From: an uncultured Candidatus Binatia bacterium
Lineage (GTDB): Bacteria > Desulfobacterota > Binatia > UBA9968 > JAJDTQ01
Direction of reading: 5' to 3'
DNA: 64,000 bases
NCBI GenBank assembly: GCA_965242525.1
Contig: OZ251459.1
Coordinates: forward strand, 1,609,214-1,673,213
A program made the translations under genes and the position numbers. Of this stretch, positions 39,949 to 50,281 are shown piece by piece. Each line of letters opens with the position of its first letter. The first letter of the stretch is position 1. The notes under the pieces were generated by a model. The model was not told where the DNA came from and searched no databases. It saw only the letters and a list, made by a program, of their open reading frames with translations.

Positions 39949-42234
39949 ATGGAGCACCCTTCGATGAAATACGTGGGCCGGTCGGTGCGCAGCCTCGACG
40001 CGGACGAGAAGGTCACGGGAACCGCGGTGTACACCGCGGACCTCACGTTCCCGGGCATGAAGTTCGCCCGGCTCGTGGCGAGTCCCCACGCGCACGCGCG
40101 CATCGACGGGTTCGACCTGGAAGCCGCGCGCAAGGTCGAAGGCGTGCGCGCCATCGTGACCCACGACAACCTGGACCGGAGCCGGCTCGGGTGCCTTCGC
40201 GCCATCCGGCCCTACGGCCAGGCGGTCAAGGACCGCCCGGTGCTGGCCCACGGCAAGGTGCGGTTCCAGGGCGAGCCGGTGGCCCTGGTGGTGGCCGACA
40301 GCGAGACCGCGGCGGTCGAAGCCGCGGCCCGGACCCGGGTCCGCTACACGCCGCTGCCCCAGGTGGCGGAGACCAGGGCGGCCCTGGAGGGCGGCGTGCT
40401 GGTGCACGACCCGGACGCCGACTACGACCGGGAGGGCGCCGACGACTTCGAGTACGACTACGCGCACAACAACTGCGGCGGCACCCATTTCGTCCAAGGC
40501 GACCCGGAGCGGGCGTTCCGGGAGAGCGCCCGGGTCATCGAAGACCGCTTCTCCTTCCCGTCCCTGTTCCACTACCCCATGGAGCCCCATTGCGCGGTGG
40601 CGCTGGTGGACCGGGAGTCCGTCACGGTCCATACCTCTTCGCAGGCCCCCTTCCCGGTGCGGGACGAGCTCGCGCGCATGTTCGGACTCGACCCGGACCA
40701 GGTCGTGGTGAAGGTGCCCTACGTGGGTGGGGGCTTCGGCTCCAAGGGCCACATCAGCGTGGAGCACCTGGCGGTGCTCGCGGCCGCGGCTTCGGGGGCG
40801 CCCGTGCAGCTCCGTCTGTCCATGGAAGAGACCGCCTTCACTGCCCGGCGCCATCCCGCGGAGATCGAGATGCGCACCGGGCTCCGGGAGGACGGCACGC
40901 TGCTGTGCCGTGAGACCCGGATCTACCTGGACACGGGGGCGTACGCCGACTTCGGCATCCAGGTCACCCGCAAGGCCGCGTTCCGGTCCGTGGGGCCGTA
41001 CCGGGTGGACCACGCCCGGGCCGACTGCTACTCGGTCTATACCAACAAGGTCCCCGCGGGCGCGTTCCGCGGCATCGGCAGCGTGCAACTGGGTTGGGCC
41101 TGCGAGGCCCACACCGACCACATCTGTACCGAGCTCGGCTACGACCCTGTGGAGTTCCGCCTGAAGAACCTGCTGCGCTCGGGCGAGAGGTACGCCCTGG
41201 GCGGCCCCCCGCTGGACGGCGACCCCCGCGAAACCCTGCGGACCTGCCTGGACCGCTTCGAGAAGACCCGGCGACGCCGGGACCCCGAGTCCCTGGGCCG
41301 GGACGGGGAGCGCACCGGCGTGGGCGTCGCGTGCAGCATCAAGGACCTGTCCACCACCCAGTACCAGGCCCGGGTGGTCTTCGAGCGGGACGCCCAATTC
41401 ACCGTGCACGCCAACGCCCCGGAGATCGGCGGCGGCGCCAGGACCGTGCTGGCCCAGACCGCAGCCGACACCCTCGGTGTGGACCTGGGCAGGGTCGCCA
41501 TCGCCCCGTATGACACCAGCACGACGCCCGGGGCCTCCGGCGTCTATGGCAGCCGCATCACCGTGCTCATGGGCAACGCGGTGAAGCGCGCGTCCGAGGA
41601 GTTGCGGGAGGTCCTGCTGGAAAAGGCCGCGGCCCTGTCCGACCGGGACCCCCGGAGCCTTTCCCTGACGGACGACGCGTTCACCAGCGGCGGAGAGCCG
41701 GTGCTGAGCCTGGAGGAGTTGGCCGAAAGCGCCGCGGGCGCGCTGGCGGGCCGGGGCATGGACAAGGCCCTTACCCGTGAGCGCATCGACATCCGCACCT
41801 GGGAGATCAACGCGGGCATGGCGGTGGTGGCGGTGGACCCCGACTCCGGCCGCGTGCGCTGCCTGGGCTACGTGTCCGCGGCCGACGTGGGACAGGCCAT
41901 GCACCCGCTCCGGTGCGAGGGGCAGGAGCAGGGTTCGGTGATGTTCGGCATGGGCAACACCCTCACGGAGGAACAGGTGTTCGACGGCGCCCTCCTGCTG
42001 AACCCCAGCGCCATCGACTATGCGCTGCCCCGGTTCGAGGACCTGCCCCCGGTGTTCGACTCGGTGCTGATCGAGAACCGCGACGGCCCCGGCCCCTTCG
42101 GCAGCAAGGGCATGGCCGAGGGCGGCCTGGCGCCGGTGGCCCCGGCCATCGCCGCGGCCTTGCGCCAGGCCGTGGGCGTGGTGGCCCGGGAACTGCCCAT
42201 GAGCCCCGAGCGGGTCTATCGGCTGATGAAGTAA
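39949..42234 (+). CDS. Xanthine dehydrogenase / aldehyde oxidase family molybdopterin-binding large subunit (orphan copy)
   Basis: Sequence MKYVGRSVRSLDADEKVTGTAVYTADLTFPGMKFARLVASPHAHARI...GGGFGSKG. No adjacent small or medium subunit genes were found. Confidence 0.85.
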   Translation: MEHPSMKYVGRSVRSLDADEKVTGTAVYTADLTFPGMKFARLVASPHAHARIDGFDLEAARKVEGVRAIVTHDNLDRSRLGCLRAIRPYGQAVKDRPVLAHGKVRFQGEPVALVVADSETAAVEAAARTRVRYTPLPQVAETRAALEGGVLVHDPDADYDREGADDFEYDYAHNNCGGTHFVQGDPERAFRESARVIEDRFSFPSLFHYPMEPHCAVALVDRESVTVHTSSQAPFPVRDELARMFGLDPDQVVVKVPYVGGGFGSKGHISVEHLAVLAAAASGAPVQLRLSMEETAFTARRHPAEIEMRTGLREDGTLLCRETRIYLDTGAYADFGIQVTRKAAFRSVGPYRVDHARADCYSVYTNKVPAGAFRGIGSVQLGWACEAHTDHICTELGYDPVEFRLKNLLRSGERYALGGPPLDGDPRETLRTCLDRFEKTRRRRDPESLGRDGERTGVGVACSIKDLSTTQYQARVVFERDAQFTVHANAPEIGGGARTVLAQTAADTLGVDLGRVAIAPYDTSTTPGASGVYGSRITVLMGNAVKRASEELREVLLEKAAALSDRDPRSLSLTDDAFTSGGEPVLSLEELAESAAGALAGRGMDKALTRERIDIRTWEINAGMAVVAVDPDSGRVRCLGYVSAADVGQAMHPLRCEGQEQGSVMFGMGNTLTEEQVFDGALLLNPSAIDYALPRFEDLPPVFDSVLIENRDGPGPFGSKGMAEGGLAPVAPAIAAALRQAVGVVARELPMSPERVYRLMK

Positions 42235-42239
42235 CGCCG

Positions 42240-42545
42240 CATCCTGCGGCCGGACCCAAGCGCGGACGCCCGCACCGTCATTCCCGCGAAAGCATGTCCT
42301 CGCGGAAGCGGGGGCGGGAATCCATTTTCATCGACCTTCTCAATCCTCTTATACGGGGCGCCACGGGGTTTGCTCGCAAGGATGGAAACACAGGGGGTTT
42401 TCATAGGAGTCTATGGATTCCCGCTTTCGCGGGAATGACGAGAGTGGGGCCTTTGCGGGAATGACGGCGTGGGCTTTCGCGGGGATGAGGAAAGTGGGGC
42501 CTTGCGGGGATGTTGGGGCGGGCGTTCGCGGGTATTCGGATGGTG
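42240..42545. repeat. MITE family 2 copy (~42266-42445) followed by about four degenerate ~24-bp tandem units (GTGGGGCCTTTGCGGGAATGACG-like)
   Basis: Read directly. Confidence 0.75.
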
Positions 42546-42654
42546 GGGAGGGTCACTACCCACATGCAAGCCTGAAGCGCCCATCTTCCTTAGTGGCGGA
42601 CCCGGGACAACGCCGCCGTTTGGCGTTCTTGCAAAGAACCGCTAAAATGGCGGC

Positions 42655-42846
42655 ATGGCTCAACCACGAACCACGTTCGCCAAGCGGCAGCGCGAACGCG
42701 CGAAACAGGAGAAGAAAGAGGAGAAGGCCAAGCGGCGGGCCGAACGCAGGGAAGCGCGGCAAGGCCGGCCGGAGCGCGGCGACGAAGACCCGGACATCGC
42801 CGACATCGTTCCCGGTCCGCAACCCCGTCCCGACGACGACTTCTGA
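42655..42846 (+). CDS. Small highly charged Lys/Arg/Glu-rich protein (63 aa), hypothetical
   Basis: Sequence MAQPRTTFAKRQRERAKQEKKEEKAKRRAERREARQGRPERGDEDPDIADIVPGPQPRPDDDF. A Lys-rich ORF is atypical of spurious frames at this GC, and GCTAAAATGG lies upstream. Confidence 0.35.
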   Translation: MAQPRTTFAKRQRERAKQEKKEEKAKRRAERREARQGRPERGDEDPDIADIVPGPQPRPDDDF

Positions 42847-43106
42847 GTCCTGCGCCCCGCATGCAGTGGCCGACGCGCGATCCTCTCAACCGCCTCCCTT
42901 GCCCGTGGAGGCGCCGGGAACCGGTGCGGTTGCAGACCGCGCCCGCCATGGACGTTCCCGTCGAAGCATCCCGTCCCCCCTCATGGCCGCGAGCCGCGCT
43001 GACGAAGCACGCTGACGAAAGATGACGTCCGCGGAGGCCGCAGCGCCCCGGGCAAGGCAATCCAACCCTCTCATCACGGAAGACATCCGGCAAGGAACAT
43101 CCATTC

Positions 43107-44393
43107 ATGCCCACACCAGACACTTTCGAATCCTTCGGTCTATCCGATCCGCTGCTCGACGACTTGGCCCGGATCGGTTTCGTCACTCCCACCCCCATCC
43201 AGGCAAAGGCCATCGCCCCGGCCCTGCAGGGCCGCGACATACTCGGCTGCGCCCAGACCGGAACCGGCAAGACCGCTGCCTTCGTGGTCCCCATGGTGGA
43301 GCGGCTCGCAGGCTCCCCCGAAGGGCCGCCCCGGGGCCTGGTCCTGGCCCCCACCCGTGAACTGGCGTTCCAGATCCAGGAGACCATCGACCAGCTCGGC
43401 CGCTCGTCGCGGGTGTACGCCACCACTGTGGTGGGGGGCGCCGACATGCAGGCGCAGGTCCGGGGCCTCGGGCAGCGCCCGGAGATCATCGTGGCCACCC
43501 CCGGCCGCCTGCTGGACCTCATGTGGCACGGCGCCGCGGACCTCCGGGACGTGGAGGTGGTGGTGCTGGACGAAGCCGACCGCATGCTCGACATGGGGTT
43601 CGCGGATCAACTGAACCAGGTCATCGACGCCCTGCCCCCCGAGCGGCAGAGCTTCCTCTATTCGGCGACGCTGGCCACGGACCTGCGCGAGCTCGCGCGC
43701 ATGTCCCTGCGCGACCCGTTCCACGCGGTGGTGGCCAAGCCGGCCACTCCCGCGGACGGCGTGACCCACACGCTCCACGACACCACGCCCGGGGCCAAGA
43801 CGCCGCTGCTGCTGTCGCTGCTGGAGGAAGACCGGGAGTCGGTGCTGGTCTTCACCCGCACCAAGAGCCGGGCGGACCTCATCGGGGAGACCTTGCGGCG
43901 CAGCGGCCATCGAGCCGCGGCCATCCACGGGGACCTGTCGCTGGAGCGCCGCCGGTCCGCGCTGGAGGGGTTCCGGCGGGGCCGCTACAAGATCCTGGTG
44001 GCCACGGACATCGCCGCCAGGGGCCTGGACATCGACCACATTGGCCACGTGATCAACTACGACCTCCCCTACACGCCGGAAGACTACGTCCACCGCATCG
44101 GCCGCACCGCGCGGATGGCCGCGGTGGGCCGGGCCACGAGCTTCGCCACGGACGCGGACGCCCGCTCGGTGGAGGCCATCGAGACCATGCTGGGGCGTTC
44201 CATCCCGCGGCCTTCGACCCCCCGGCCGGGCAAGAAGCGGCGCACGGGCGCGGACGCGCCGGAACCGCAGAGCGCGCGCTCGGCCAACAAGCGCCGGCGG
44301 GCCAGGAAGCGGCCCGGCCAGCCGGGCCGACGCCCCGAGCGCCACGCGGAACCGGCATCGAGACAGGCCGCGCCGGTGGTCGAGCAGCCCTGA
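43107..44393 (+). CDS. DEAD-box ATP-dependent RNA helicase (RhlE-like)
   Basis: Q-motif and motif I AQTGTGKT, then PTRELA, DEAD ([14 protein letters not shown]), SAT, and HRIGRTAR, with a basic C-terminal tail. Confidence 0.9.
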   Translation: MPTPDTFESFGLSDPLLDDLARIGFVTPTPIQAKAIAPALQGRDILGCAQTGTGKTAAFVVPMVERLAGSPEGPPRGLVLAPTRELAFQIQETIDQLGRSSRVYATTVVGGADMQAQVRGLGQRPEIIVATPGRLLDLMWHGAADLRDVEVVVLDEADRMLDMGFADQLNQVIDALPPERQSFLYSATLATDLRELARMSLRDPFHAVVAKPATPADGVTHTLHDTTPGAKTPLLLSLLEEDRESVLVFTRTKSRADLIGETLRRSGHRAAAIHGDLSLERRRSALEGFRRGRYKILVATDIAARGLDIDHIGHVINYDLPYTPEDYVHRIGRTARMAAVGRATSFATDADARSVEAIETMLGRSIPRPSTPRPGKKRRTGADAPEPQSARSANKRRRARKRPGQPGRRPERHAEPASRQAAPVVEQP

Positions 44394-44454
44394 CCCCGGG
44401 GCTTCCGGGACGATCGACCCCCGCGAGGGTTCCCCGCCCCTTCACGAGGAGACC

Positions 44455-44949
44455 ATGGAACACGCCGCAACGCCCATCAACGTCACCGTGAACGGAAAGG
44501 TCCACGCGGCCCGGGTGGAGCCGCGGCTTTTGCTCATCGACTTCCTGCGCGAGGACCTCGGACTGACCGGCTCCCACGTGGGCTGCGACACCAGCCAGTG
44601 CGGCGCGTGCACGGTCCACCTGGACGGCGCCGCGGTGAAGTCCTGCACCGTGCTGGCGGTGCAGGCCGACGGCGCAGCCGTCACCACCATCGAAGGGCTG
44701 GCGGACGGCGCGACCCTCCACCCCGTGCAGCAGGCGTTCCAGGAACAGCACGGGCTCCAGTGCGGCTTCTGCACCCCCGGCATGGTGATGACCGCGGTCC
44801 ACCTGCTGGAGACGAACCCGGACCCCGGCGACGACGACATCGCCCACGCCCTGGAAGGGAACCTGTGCCGCTGCACGGGCTACGTGAACATCGTCAAGGC
44901 CATCCGTTGGGCCGCGGCGCAGGAGAGGGAACGTCATGCATCCCGCTAG
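44455..44949 (+). CDS. (2Fe-2S)-binding small subunit of a xanthine-dehydrogenase-family enzyme (CoxS-like)
   Basis: Cys motifs [11 protein letters not shown] and CGFCTPGMV...CRCTGY. Confidence 0.9.
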   Translation: MEHAATPINVTVNGKVHAARVEPRLLLIDFLREDLGLTGSHVGCDTSQCGACTVHLDGAAVKSCTVLAVQADGAAVTTIEGLADGATLHPVQQAFQEQHGLQCGFCTPGMVMTAVHLLETNPDPGDDDIAHALEGNLCRCTGYVNIVKAIRWAAAQERERHASR

Positions 44950-45805
44950 GTTCGGATACCACGCGCCCGGGTCCCTGGAAGAGGCGTTCGACCTGTTGGA
45001 GCAACACGGAGAGGACGCCAAGGTCCTGGCCGGGGGGCACAGCCTGCTCCCGGCCATGAAGCTCCGGCTGACCCAACCCGACTACCTCATCGACCTGCGC
45101 CGGATACCGGACCTGAGCGGCATCCGGACGGACCGCGGCGCCCTGGCAGTGGGCGCCCTCACCACCCACACCCGGGTGGCTGCGTCGGAAACCGTGCGGC
45201 GCGCGGTTCCGGGACTGGCCGACACGGCCGCGGTCATCGGCGACTTGCAGGTGCGGAACCGGGGCACCATGGGAGGGAGCGTCGCCCATGCCGACCCGGC
45301 CGCGGACCTGCCGGTGACCCTCACCGCCCTGGACGCCGCCTTCGTCCTCGCCTCCCGGGCGGGCGAGCGCGTGGTGTCCGCGGACGACTTCTTCGTGGAC
45401 TTCTTCACCACCGCCCTGGATCCTCACGAGATCCTCACGGAGATACGCATCCCGACGCCGCCTGCGGGCGCGGGAACGAGCTACGCCAAGCTGCCCCACC
45501 CGGCTTCCGGGTACGTGGTGGTGAGCGCGGCCGCGGCCCTGCGGGTGGACGGGAACGGCGTCTGCTCCGAGGCCCGGGTGGTGCTGGGCGGCGTGGCCGG
45601 CACGCCCCGGCGAGCCGCGGCAACGGAAGCCGCCATCCTGGGACGGGAGCTGACGCGGGAAACCGCGGCCGCGGCTGCGGCCCGGGCCGCGGACGACATC
45701 GACCCCCACGCCGATTCCTACGCCGACGAGGAGTACAAGCGCCACATGGCGGTGGTGTACGCCGGCCGCGCCATTGAAGCCGCGGCCGGACGGATCCAGG
45801 GATAG
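44936..45805 (+). CDS. FAD-binding medium subunit (CoxM/XdhB-like)
   Basis: FAD-binding fold motifs [14 protein letters not shown] and [17 protein letters not shown]; the gene overlaps the coxS-like stop. Confidence 0.85.
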   Translation: MHPARFGYHAPGSLEEAFDLLEQHGEDAKVLAGGHSLLPAMKLRLTQPDYLIDLRRIPDLSGIRTDRGALAVGALTTHTRVAASETVRRAVPGLADTAAVIGDLQVRNRGTMGGSVAHADPAADLPVTLTALDAAFVLASRAGERVVSADDFFVDFFTTALDPHEILTEIRIPTPPAGAGTSYAKLPHPASGYVVVSAAAALRVDGNGVCSEARVVLGGVAGTPRRAAATEAAILGRELTRETAAAAAARAADDIDPHADSYADEEYKRHMAVVYAGRAIEAAAGRIQG

Positions 45806-45819
45806 GGTCATGGGAACCC

Positions 45820-46147
45820 CATGGGAAAGCGCGTCCTTCGACTTCGCTTCGCTACGCTCAGGACGAACGGGCCGTTCGTATCGCTGCGCTCAGGACGAAT
45901 GGGGGGCTTTGCTTCGCGATCCGATTCCCTCCCCCTTGAGGGGGAAGGTCAGGGAGGAGGGGCTCGCACCGACGGACTCGGGGAACCTCTGAACAATCGA
46001 GACATCCGGGATGGATTCCCTCACCCTGAGACCTATATCCGTTCGTCCTGAGCGTAGCGAAGCGAAGTCCCCCGTTCATCCTGAGCGTAGCGAAGCGAAG
46101 TCGAAGGACGCACTCATGCCCCCTGTCCCGATTTTTCAGAGGTTCCT
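45820..46147. repeat. MITE family 1 copies (two units) inserted between coxM-like and coxL-like genes
   Basis: The insertion runs from GGGAAAGCGCGTCCTTCGACTTCGCTTCGCTACGCTCAGGACGAACGG, through GGGAACCTCTGAACAATCGAGACATCCGGGATGGATTCCC, to CCGATTTTTCAGAGGTTCC. Confidence 0.85.
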
Positions 46148-46282
46148 CATGGCGAACGGAGACGGTTCTTCCGAGTTTCCTCCACCGGGAAGCGACCCGA
46201 GGGCGGGCGGCTCGTCCGCGGCGCGGCTCCCTGTCGAGGGGAGCCACTGTCTCCGCGGTCGCAAACCTTCGAGGGATGATCC

Positions 46283-48601
46283 ATGAGCACAGAGCAAGAA
46301 AGCCCCCGCGGCCTCATCGGCGCTTCGGTCACGCGGGTCGAGGACCCGCCGCTGCTCACCGGCAAGGGATGTTACGTGGACGACGTGAAATTGCCGGGGA
46401 TGCTCCACGTGGCGTTCCTCCGCAGCGCCCATCCCAAGGCCAGGATACTCTCCATCGACACCGGCGAAGCCGAAGCCATGCCCGGGGTGGCGCAGGTGCT
46501 CACCGGCGACCACGTGGAGGGAGTCGCCATCCGGGTTCCCATGGCGGTGAAGGGCATGGCCGTCCCGCGCCATCCGGTGCTGGCCCAAGGCGCGGTCCAC
46601 GCGGTGGGGACGCCGGTGGCCGCGGTGGTGGCAGAGAGCCGGGCCGAGGCCGAAGACGCCGCGGCCGCGGTCCGGGTGGAGTACGAGCCGCAGCCCGTGG
46701 TCACCGACGCGGAAGCCGCACTGGAGGACGGCGCGCCCCTGGCCCACGACGAGCTCGGCACGAACCTGTGCTACACGCTCACGAAGGAGGGGGGCGACGT
46801 GGACAAGGCCTTCGCCGAGGCGGACCACGTCTGCCGCATGCACATACGGAGCCCGCGGCAGGTGGCCCTGTCCATGGAGCCCCGGGGCGTGCTGGCGAAC
46901 CCCGACCCCTTCCGCAACGAGGTCACCGTGTGGCTCTCGACCCAGGGCCCGCACCGGGCGCGGGCGGACCTCGCCAACTCGCTGGGGGTTCCGGAGAACC
47001 GCATCCGGGTCATCGCCCCGGACGTGGGCGGGGGTTTCGGCAGCAAGGGCTGCGTCTATCGGGAGGACCTGCTGGTCTGCCACTTGGCCATGAAGCTGGG
47101 CCGGCCGGTCAAATGGATCGCCACCCGCAGCGAGGACTTCCTCACCACCTGCCAGGGACGCGACCAGGCCATGACCTCCGAGCTGGCCCTGAGCCGGGAC
47201 GGCAGGATGCTGGGCCTGAAGGTCCGGGTGGTGGCCAACCTCGGGGCCTACCTGCACTCCGCCACCGCGGGTCCGCCCCAGCGCATGATGGTCATGGCCC
47301 CGGGCTGCTACCGGATCCCCAACGTGCGGGTGGAGATCGCGGGGGTCTTCACCAACACCGTGCCCACCGGGCCGTACCGCGGCGCCGGACGGCCGGAATC
47401 GGTGCTCAACATCGAACGCCTGGCGGACAAGGCGGCCCGGGATCTGGGCATGGACCGCCTGGAGATCCGGCGCAAGAACTTCATCCAGCCGCACCAGTTC
47501 CCGTACCGCACCGGCGTGGGCGTGGAGTACGATTCGGGCGACTACGAGAAGTCCCTTGCCGAGGCCCTGCGGCTGTCGGACTACGAGGCCCTCGTGCGGA
47601 TGCGCGACCAGGCGCGGGACCGGGGCGAACTGGTGGGGGTGGGCGTCTCCACCTTCGTGGAGCCCAGCGGCGGGGCCGGTTTCGAGAGCGGCGCGGTCCG
47701 GGTCGAGCGCACCGGCGAGGTCACGGTGCTCACCGGGTCCAGCTCCCACGGCCAGGGGCACGAGACCGTGTTCGCCCAGGTGGCGGCGGAGAAGCTGAAG
47801 CTGCCCATGGACCGGGTGGTGGTGCGGCACGGCGACACCACGGCCATCCAGCAGGGCACCGGCACCTTCGGAAGCCGCAGCGCGGTCATGGGCGGGGGCG
47901 CCCTGGGCCTCGCCGCGGAACGGCTGGTCCGCAAGGCCCAAGCCATCGCCGCCCACCTGCTGGAAGCGGACCCGGACGACGTGGTCCAGACCGACGGGGG
48001 CTTTGCCGTGGCCGGGGTGCCGGACCGGAACGTGGACTGGCGGCGGGTGGCCGCCGCGGCCTACGGCAAGGGGACGCCGGAAGGAATGGACCCGGGTCTC
48101 CAGGAGACCGCCTTCTTCGATCCCAACCGCGAGGCCTGGGGCTTCGGCGCCCACGTGGCGCTGGTGCGCATCGACGCCGACACCGGCGCATTGACCCTGG
48201 AGAAGCTCGTGCTGGTGGACGACATCGGCGTGGTGCTGAACCCCATGATCGTCGAGGCTCAGGTCCACGGGGGCGTGGCCCAGGGGCTGGGCGAGGCGCT
48301 GCGAGAGCAGATGGTCTTCGGCGACGACGGGCAGCCCCGCACCGGCGCCCTCATGGACTACGCGGTGATGCGCGCCGGCGACATGCCGCCCCTCCTCCTG
48401 GGCGAGACGGTGACGCCCAACCCCTTCAACCCCCTGGGCGTCAAGGGCGTGGGCGAAGCGGGCACCAACGGCGCGCCGCCGGCAGTGGCCAACGCCGTCA
48501 TGGACGCCTTGGCGCCCCTGGGCATCGACCACATCGACATGCCCTACACCGCGCCCAAGCTGTGGCGCGCCATCCGCGAAGCCCGCAAGGACGACGCCTG
48601 A
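46283..48601 (+). CDS. Xanthine dehydrogenase family molybdopterin-binding large subunit (CoxL-like)
   Basis: Sequence MSTEQESPRGLIGASVTRVEDPPLLTGKGCYVDDVKLPGMLHVAFLRS...GGGFGSKG...GQGHETVFAQV, 772 aa. Confidence 0.9.
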   Translation: MSTEQESPRGLIGASVTRVEDPPLLTGKGCYVDDVKLPGMLHVAFLRSAHPKARILSIDTGEAEAMPGVAQVLTGDHVEGVAIRVPMAVKGMAVPRHPVLAQGAVHAVGTPVAAVVAESRAEAEDAAAAVRVEYEPQPVVTDAEAALEDGAPLAHDELGTNLCYTLTKEGGDVDKAFAEADHVCRMHIRSPRQVALSMEPRGVLANPDPFRNEVTVWLSTQGPHRARADLANSLGVPENRIRVIAPDVGGGFGSKGCVYREDLLVCHLAMKLGRPVKWIATRSEDFLTTCQGRDQAMTSELALSRDGRMLGLKVRVVANLGAYLHSATAGPPQRMMVMAPGCYRIPNVRVEIAGVFTNTVPTGPYRGAGRPESVLNIERLADKAARDLGMDRLEIRRKNFIQPHQFPYRTGVGVEYDSGDYEKSLAEALRLSDYEALVRMRDQARDRGELVGVGVSTFVEPSGGAGFESGAVRVERTGEVTVLTGSSSHGQGHETVFAQVAAEKLKLPMDRVVVRHGDTTAIQQGTGTFGSRSAVMGGGALGLAAERLVRKAQAIAAHLLEADPDDVVQTDGGFAVAGVPDRNVDWRRVAAAAYGKGTPEGMDPGLQETAFFDPNREAWGFGAHVALVRIDADTGALTLEKLVLVDDIGVVLNPMIVEAQVHGGVAQGLGEALREQMVFGDDGQPRTGALMDYAVMRAGDMPPLLLGETVTPNPFNPLGVKGVGEAGTNGAPPAVANAVMDALAPLGIDHIDMPYTAPKLWRAIREARKDDA

Positions 48602-48780
48602 TACGTCGCGGATGGCGGCATCCGGCCGCGACTTGCCTTGAAGGTTATCTCGTACAGGCTTACCGGACTGTAGAAGACGTCGTTGTCGTCGTCGAGGATG
48701 AGGGCGCGCGCCTTGTCGGACAATTTCGGAGAATCGGCCATGGCCCACAACAGGGCGTGGCTGTCGAGAAGCAGCCGCAT
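48544..48780 (-). pseudogene. vapC: PIN-domain VapC-like toxin gene, apparently truncated
   Basis: Sequence MRLLLDSHALLWAMADSPKLSDKARALILDDDNDVFYSPVSLYEITFKAS, after which it degenerates. Only about 79 aa remain against an expected ~130, the distal acidic residues are missing, and the gene overlaps the coxL-like 3' end. Confidence 0.55.
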
Positions 48781-48793
48781 GAAGCTTCCGGCA

Positions 48794-49114
48794 CTACCGT
48801 GTGGCAATGCCGAGTGGGTCGGAGTGCTGGCCCTCGAGGGCGGCCTGATCGGCCGGCGACAGCGGATCTTCCACTGCCTCCACGAGCGCGGCAAGAGCCT
48901 GTGCGCTCATCAGTTCCTTGAGAACCCCCAGCCTGCGCCGACCCTTGCGCCGTAGCCCAACGAGTTTCGCCACAGGTTCCCGCCCTCGGGCGACCACGAC
49001 TTCTTCGCCCCGTTCGGCGCGACCGATCATTTCCGCAAGCCGTGCGCGAAATTCACTGACCGTGACGGGTTCGGCAGTCTGTCGCGCAGGACCGTGCAAG
49101 TTGGCGCCATCCAT
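48794..49114 (-). CDS. Type II antitoxin (Phd/YefM- or VapB-like) upstream of vapC
   Basis: Sequence MDGANLHGPARQTAEPVTVSEFRARLAEMIGRAERGEEVVVARGREPVAKLVGL; its stop lies 13 bp before the vapC start. Confidence 0.6.
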   Translation of the reverse strand: MDGANLHGPARQTAEPVTVSEFRARLAEMIGRAERGEEVVVARGREPVAKLVGLRRKGRRRLGVLKELMSAQALAALVEAVEDPLSPADQAALEGQHSDPLGIATR

Positions 49115-49253
49115 GATCGCTACCTCGTCGAGACGTGGACACCGGGAGCCTGTCCGAGTGCAACGGGAATCGTGGCACGAATCCGTTTGACGTGCAACGC
49201 GCGTACGAACGAGTCCGGACGTGTACGGGTGGAGGACGACCCGTTCGCGCCGG

Positions 49254-50279
49254 TCAGACGCCGCCGAATCCCCGGTCCTGGGCCTCGCCCACCAGCCACG
49301 GGTCCCTGATCTCGGTGGTGGGAGGCTCGCCCCTGAGCACCCGGGCCACTTCCCTGGCGGCGTGGGTCTGGCAGTCCACATAGGATTCGTCGGAGTTGGC
49401 CGCGGTGTGGCAGGTCACGATGACGTTGGGCAGGGTGAGGATGGGATGGTCCGCGGGCATGGGCTCGGGGTCGGTGACGTCCAGCGCGGCCCCGGCGAGC
49501 TCGCCCGCGGTCAGCGCCCGGTAGAGGGCGTCCGTGTCCACCAGCCCGCCCCGGGCGCAGTTGATGAGGTAGGCGGTGTCCTTCATGGCAGCGAACCGGT
49601 CCTTGCCGAACATCTTGCGCGTGGCCGGAACCAGCGGCGCGTGCAGGCTGACGACGTCCGAGGTCCGCACCAGTTCGTCCAGCGAAACCAGCGTTACCCC
49701 CATGGCCTCGGCGATGGCCGGGGCTACGTAAGGGTCCACCGCCTGGACCTTCATCTTCATGCCCTGGGCCCGGGGGGCCACCTGCCGCCCCACGTGCCCC
49801 AGGCCCACGATTCCCAGGGTCTGTCCCGCGATGCGCGACACCGGACCCCGGTAGGCGTGGAGCTCGGCGCTGTGGCGGCGCCAGCGCCCCTCCCGCACGT
49901 ACTGGTTCATGCGCACCAGCTTGCGGGACACCGCGATGAGCAGCCCGATCATCTGCTCGGCCACCTCGATGGAGTTGCAGCCCGCGGCGTTGCACACGAC
50001 GATGCCGCGCTCGGCCGCGGCCGCCAGGTCCAGCCGGTCCACGCCCACGCCGGTGCGGCACACCACCTTGCAGCGGTCCAGGCCGGCGATGATCTCACGG
50101 GTGAACGGGATGGCGCCGTGGAAGATCATGCCGTCGGCGCCGCGCCCCGCCTCCGCCACCTCCCGGTCGCTGGACGGCCTGGCCAGCACCAGCTCCGCAT
50201 CGGCCTCCCGCAGTATGGGCTCGATGAGGCTTACGGGGACGTCGTTGCTGCCGCAATAGACGACGCGGAACCTGGCCAC
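49254..50279 (-). CDS. D-isomer-specific 2-hydroxyacid dehydrogenase (phosphoglycerate dehydrogenase-like)
   Basis: GTG start VARFRVVYCG, an NAD-binding GIVGLGHVGRQVA motif, and catalytic CARGGLVD and CHTAANS segments. Confidence 0.8.
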   Translation of the reverse strand: MARFRVVYCGSNDVPVSLIEPILREADAELVLARPSSDREVAEAGRGADGMIFHGAIPFTREIIAGLDRCKVVCRTGVGVDRLDLAAAAERGIVVCNAAGCNSIEVAEQMIGLLIAVSRKLVRMNQYVREGRWRRHSAELHAYRGPVSRIAGQTLGIVGLGHVGRQVAPRAQGMKMKVQAVDPYVAPAIAEAMGVTLVSLDELVRTSDVVSLHAPLVPATRKMFGKDRFAAMKDTAYLINCARGGLVDTDALYRALTAGELAGAALDVTDPEPMPADHPILTLPNVIVTCHTAANSDESYVDCQTHAAREVARVLRGEPPTTEIRDPWLVGEAQDRGFGGV

Positions 50280-50281
50280 CC

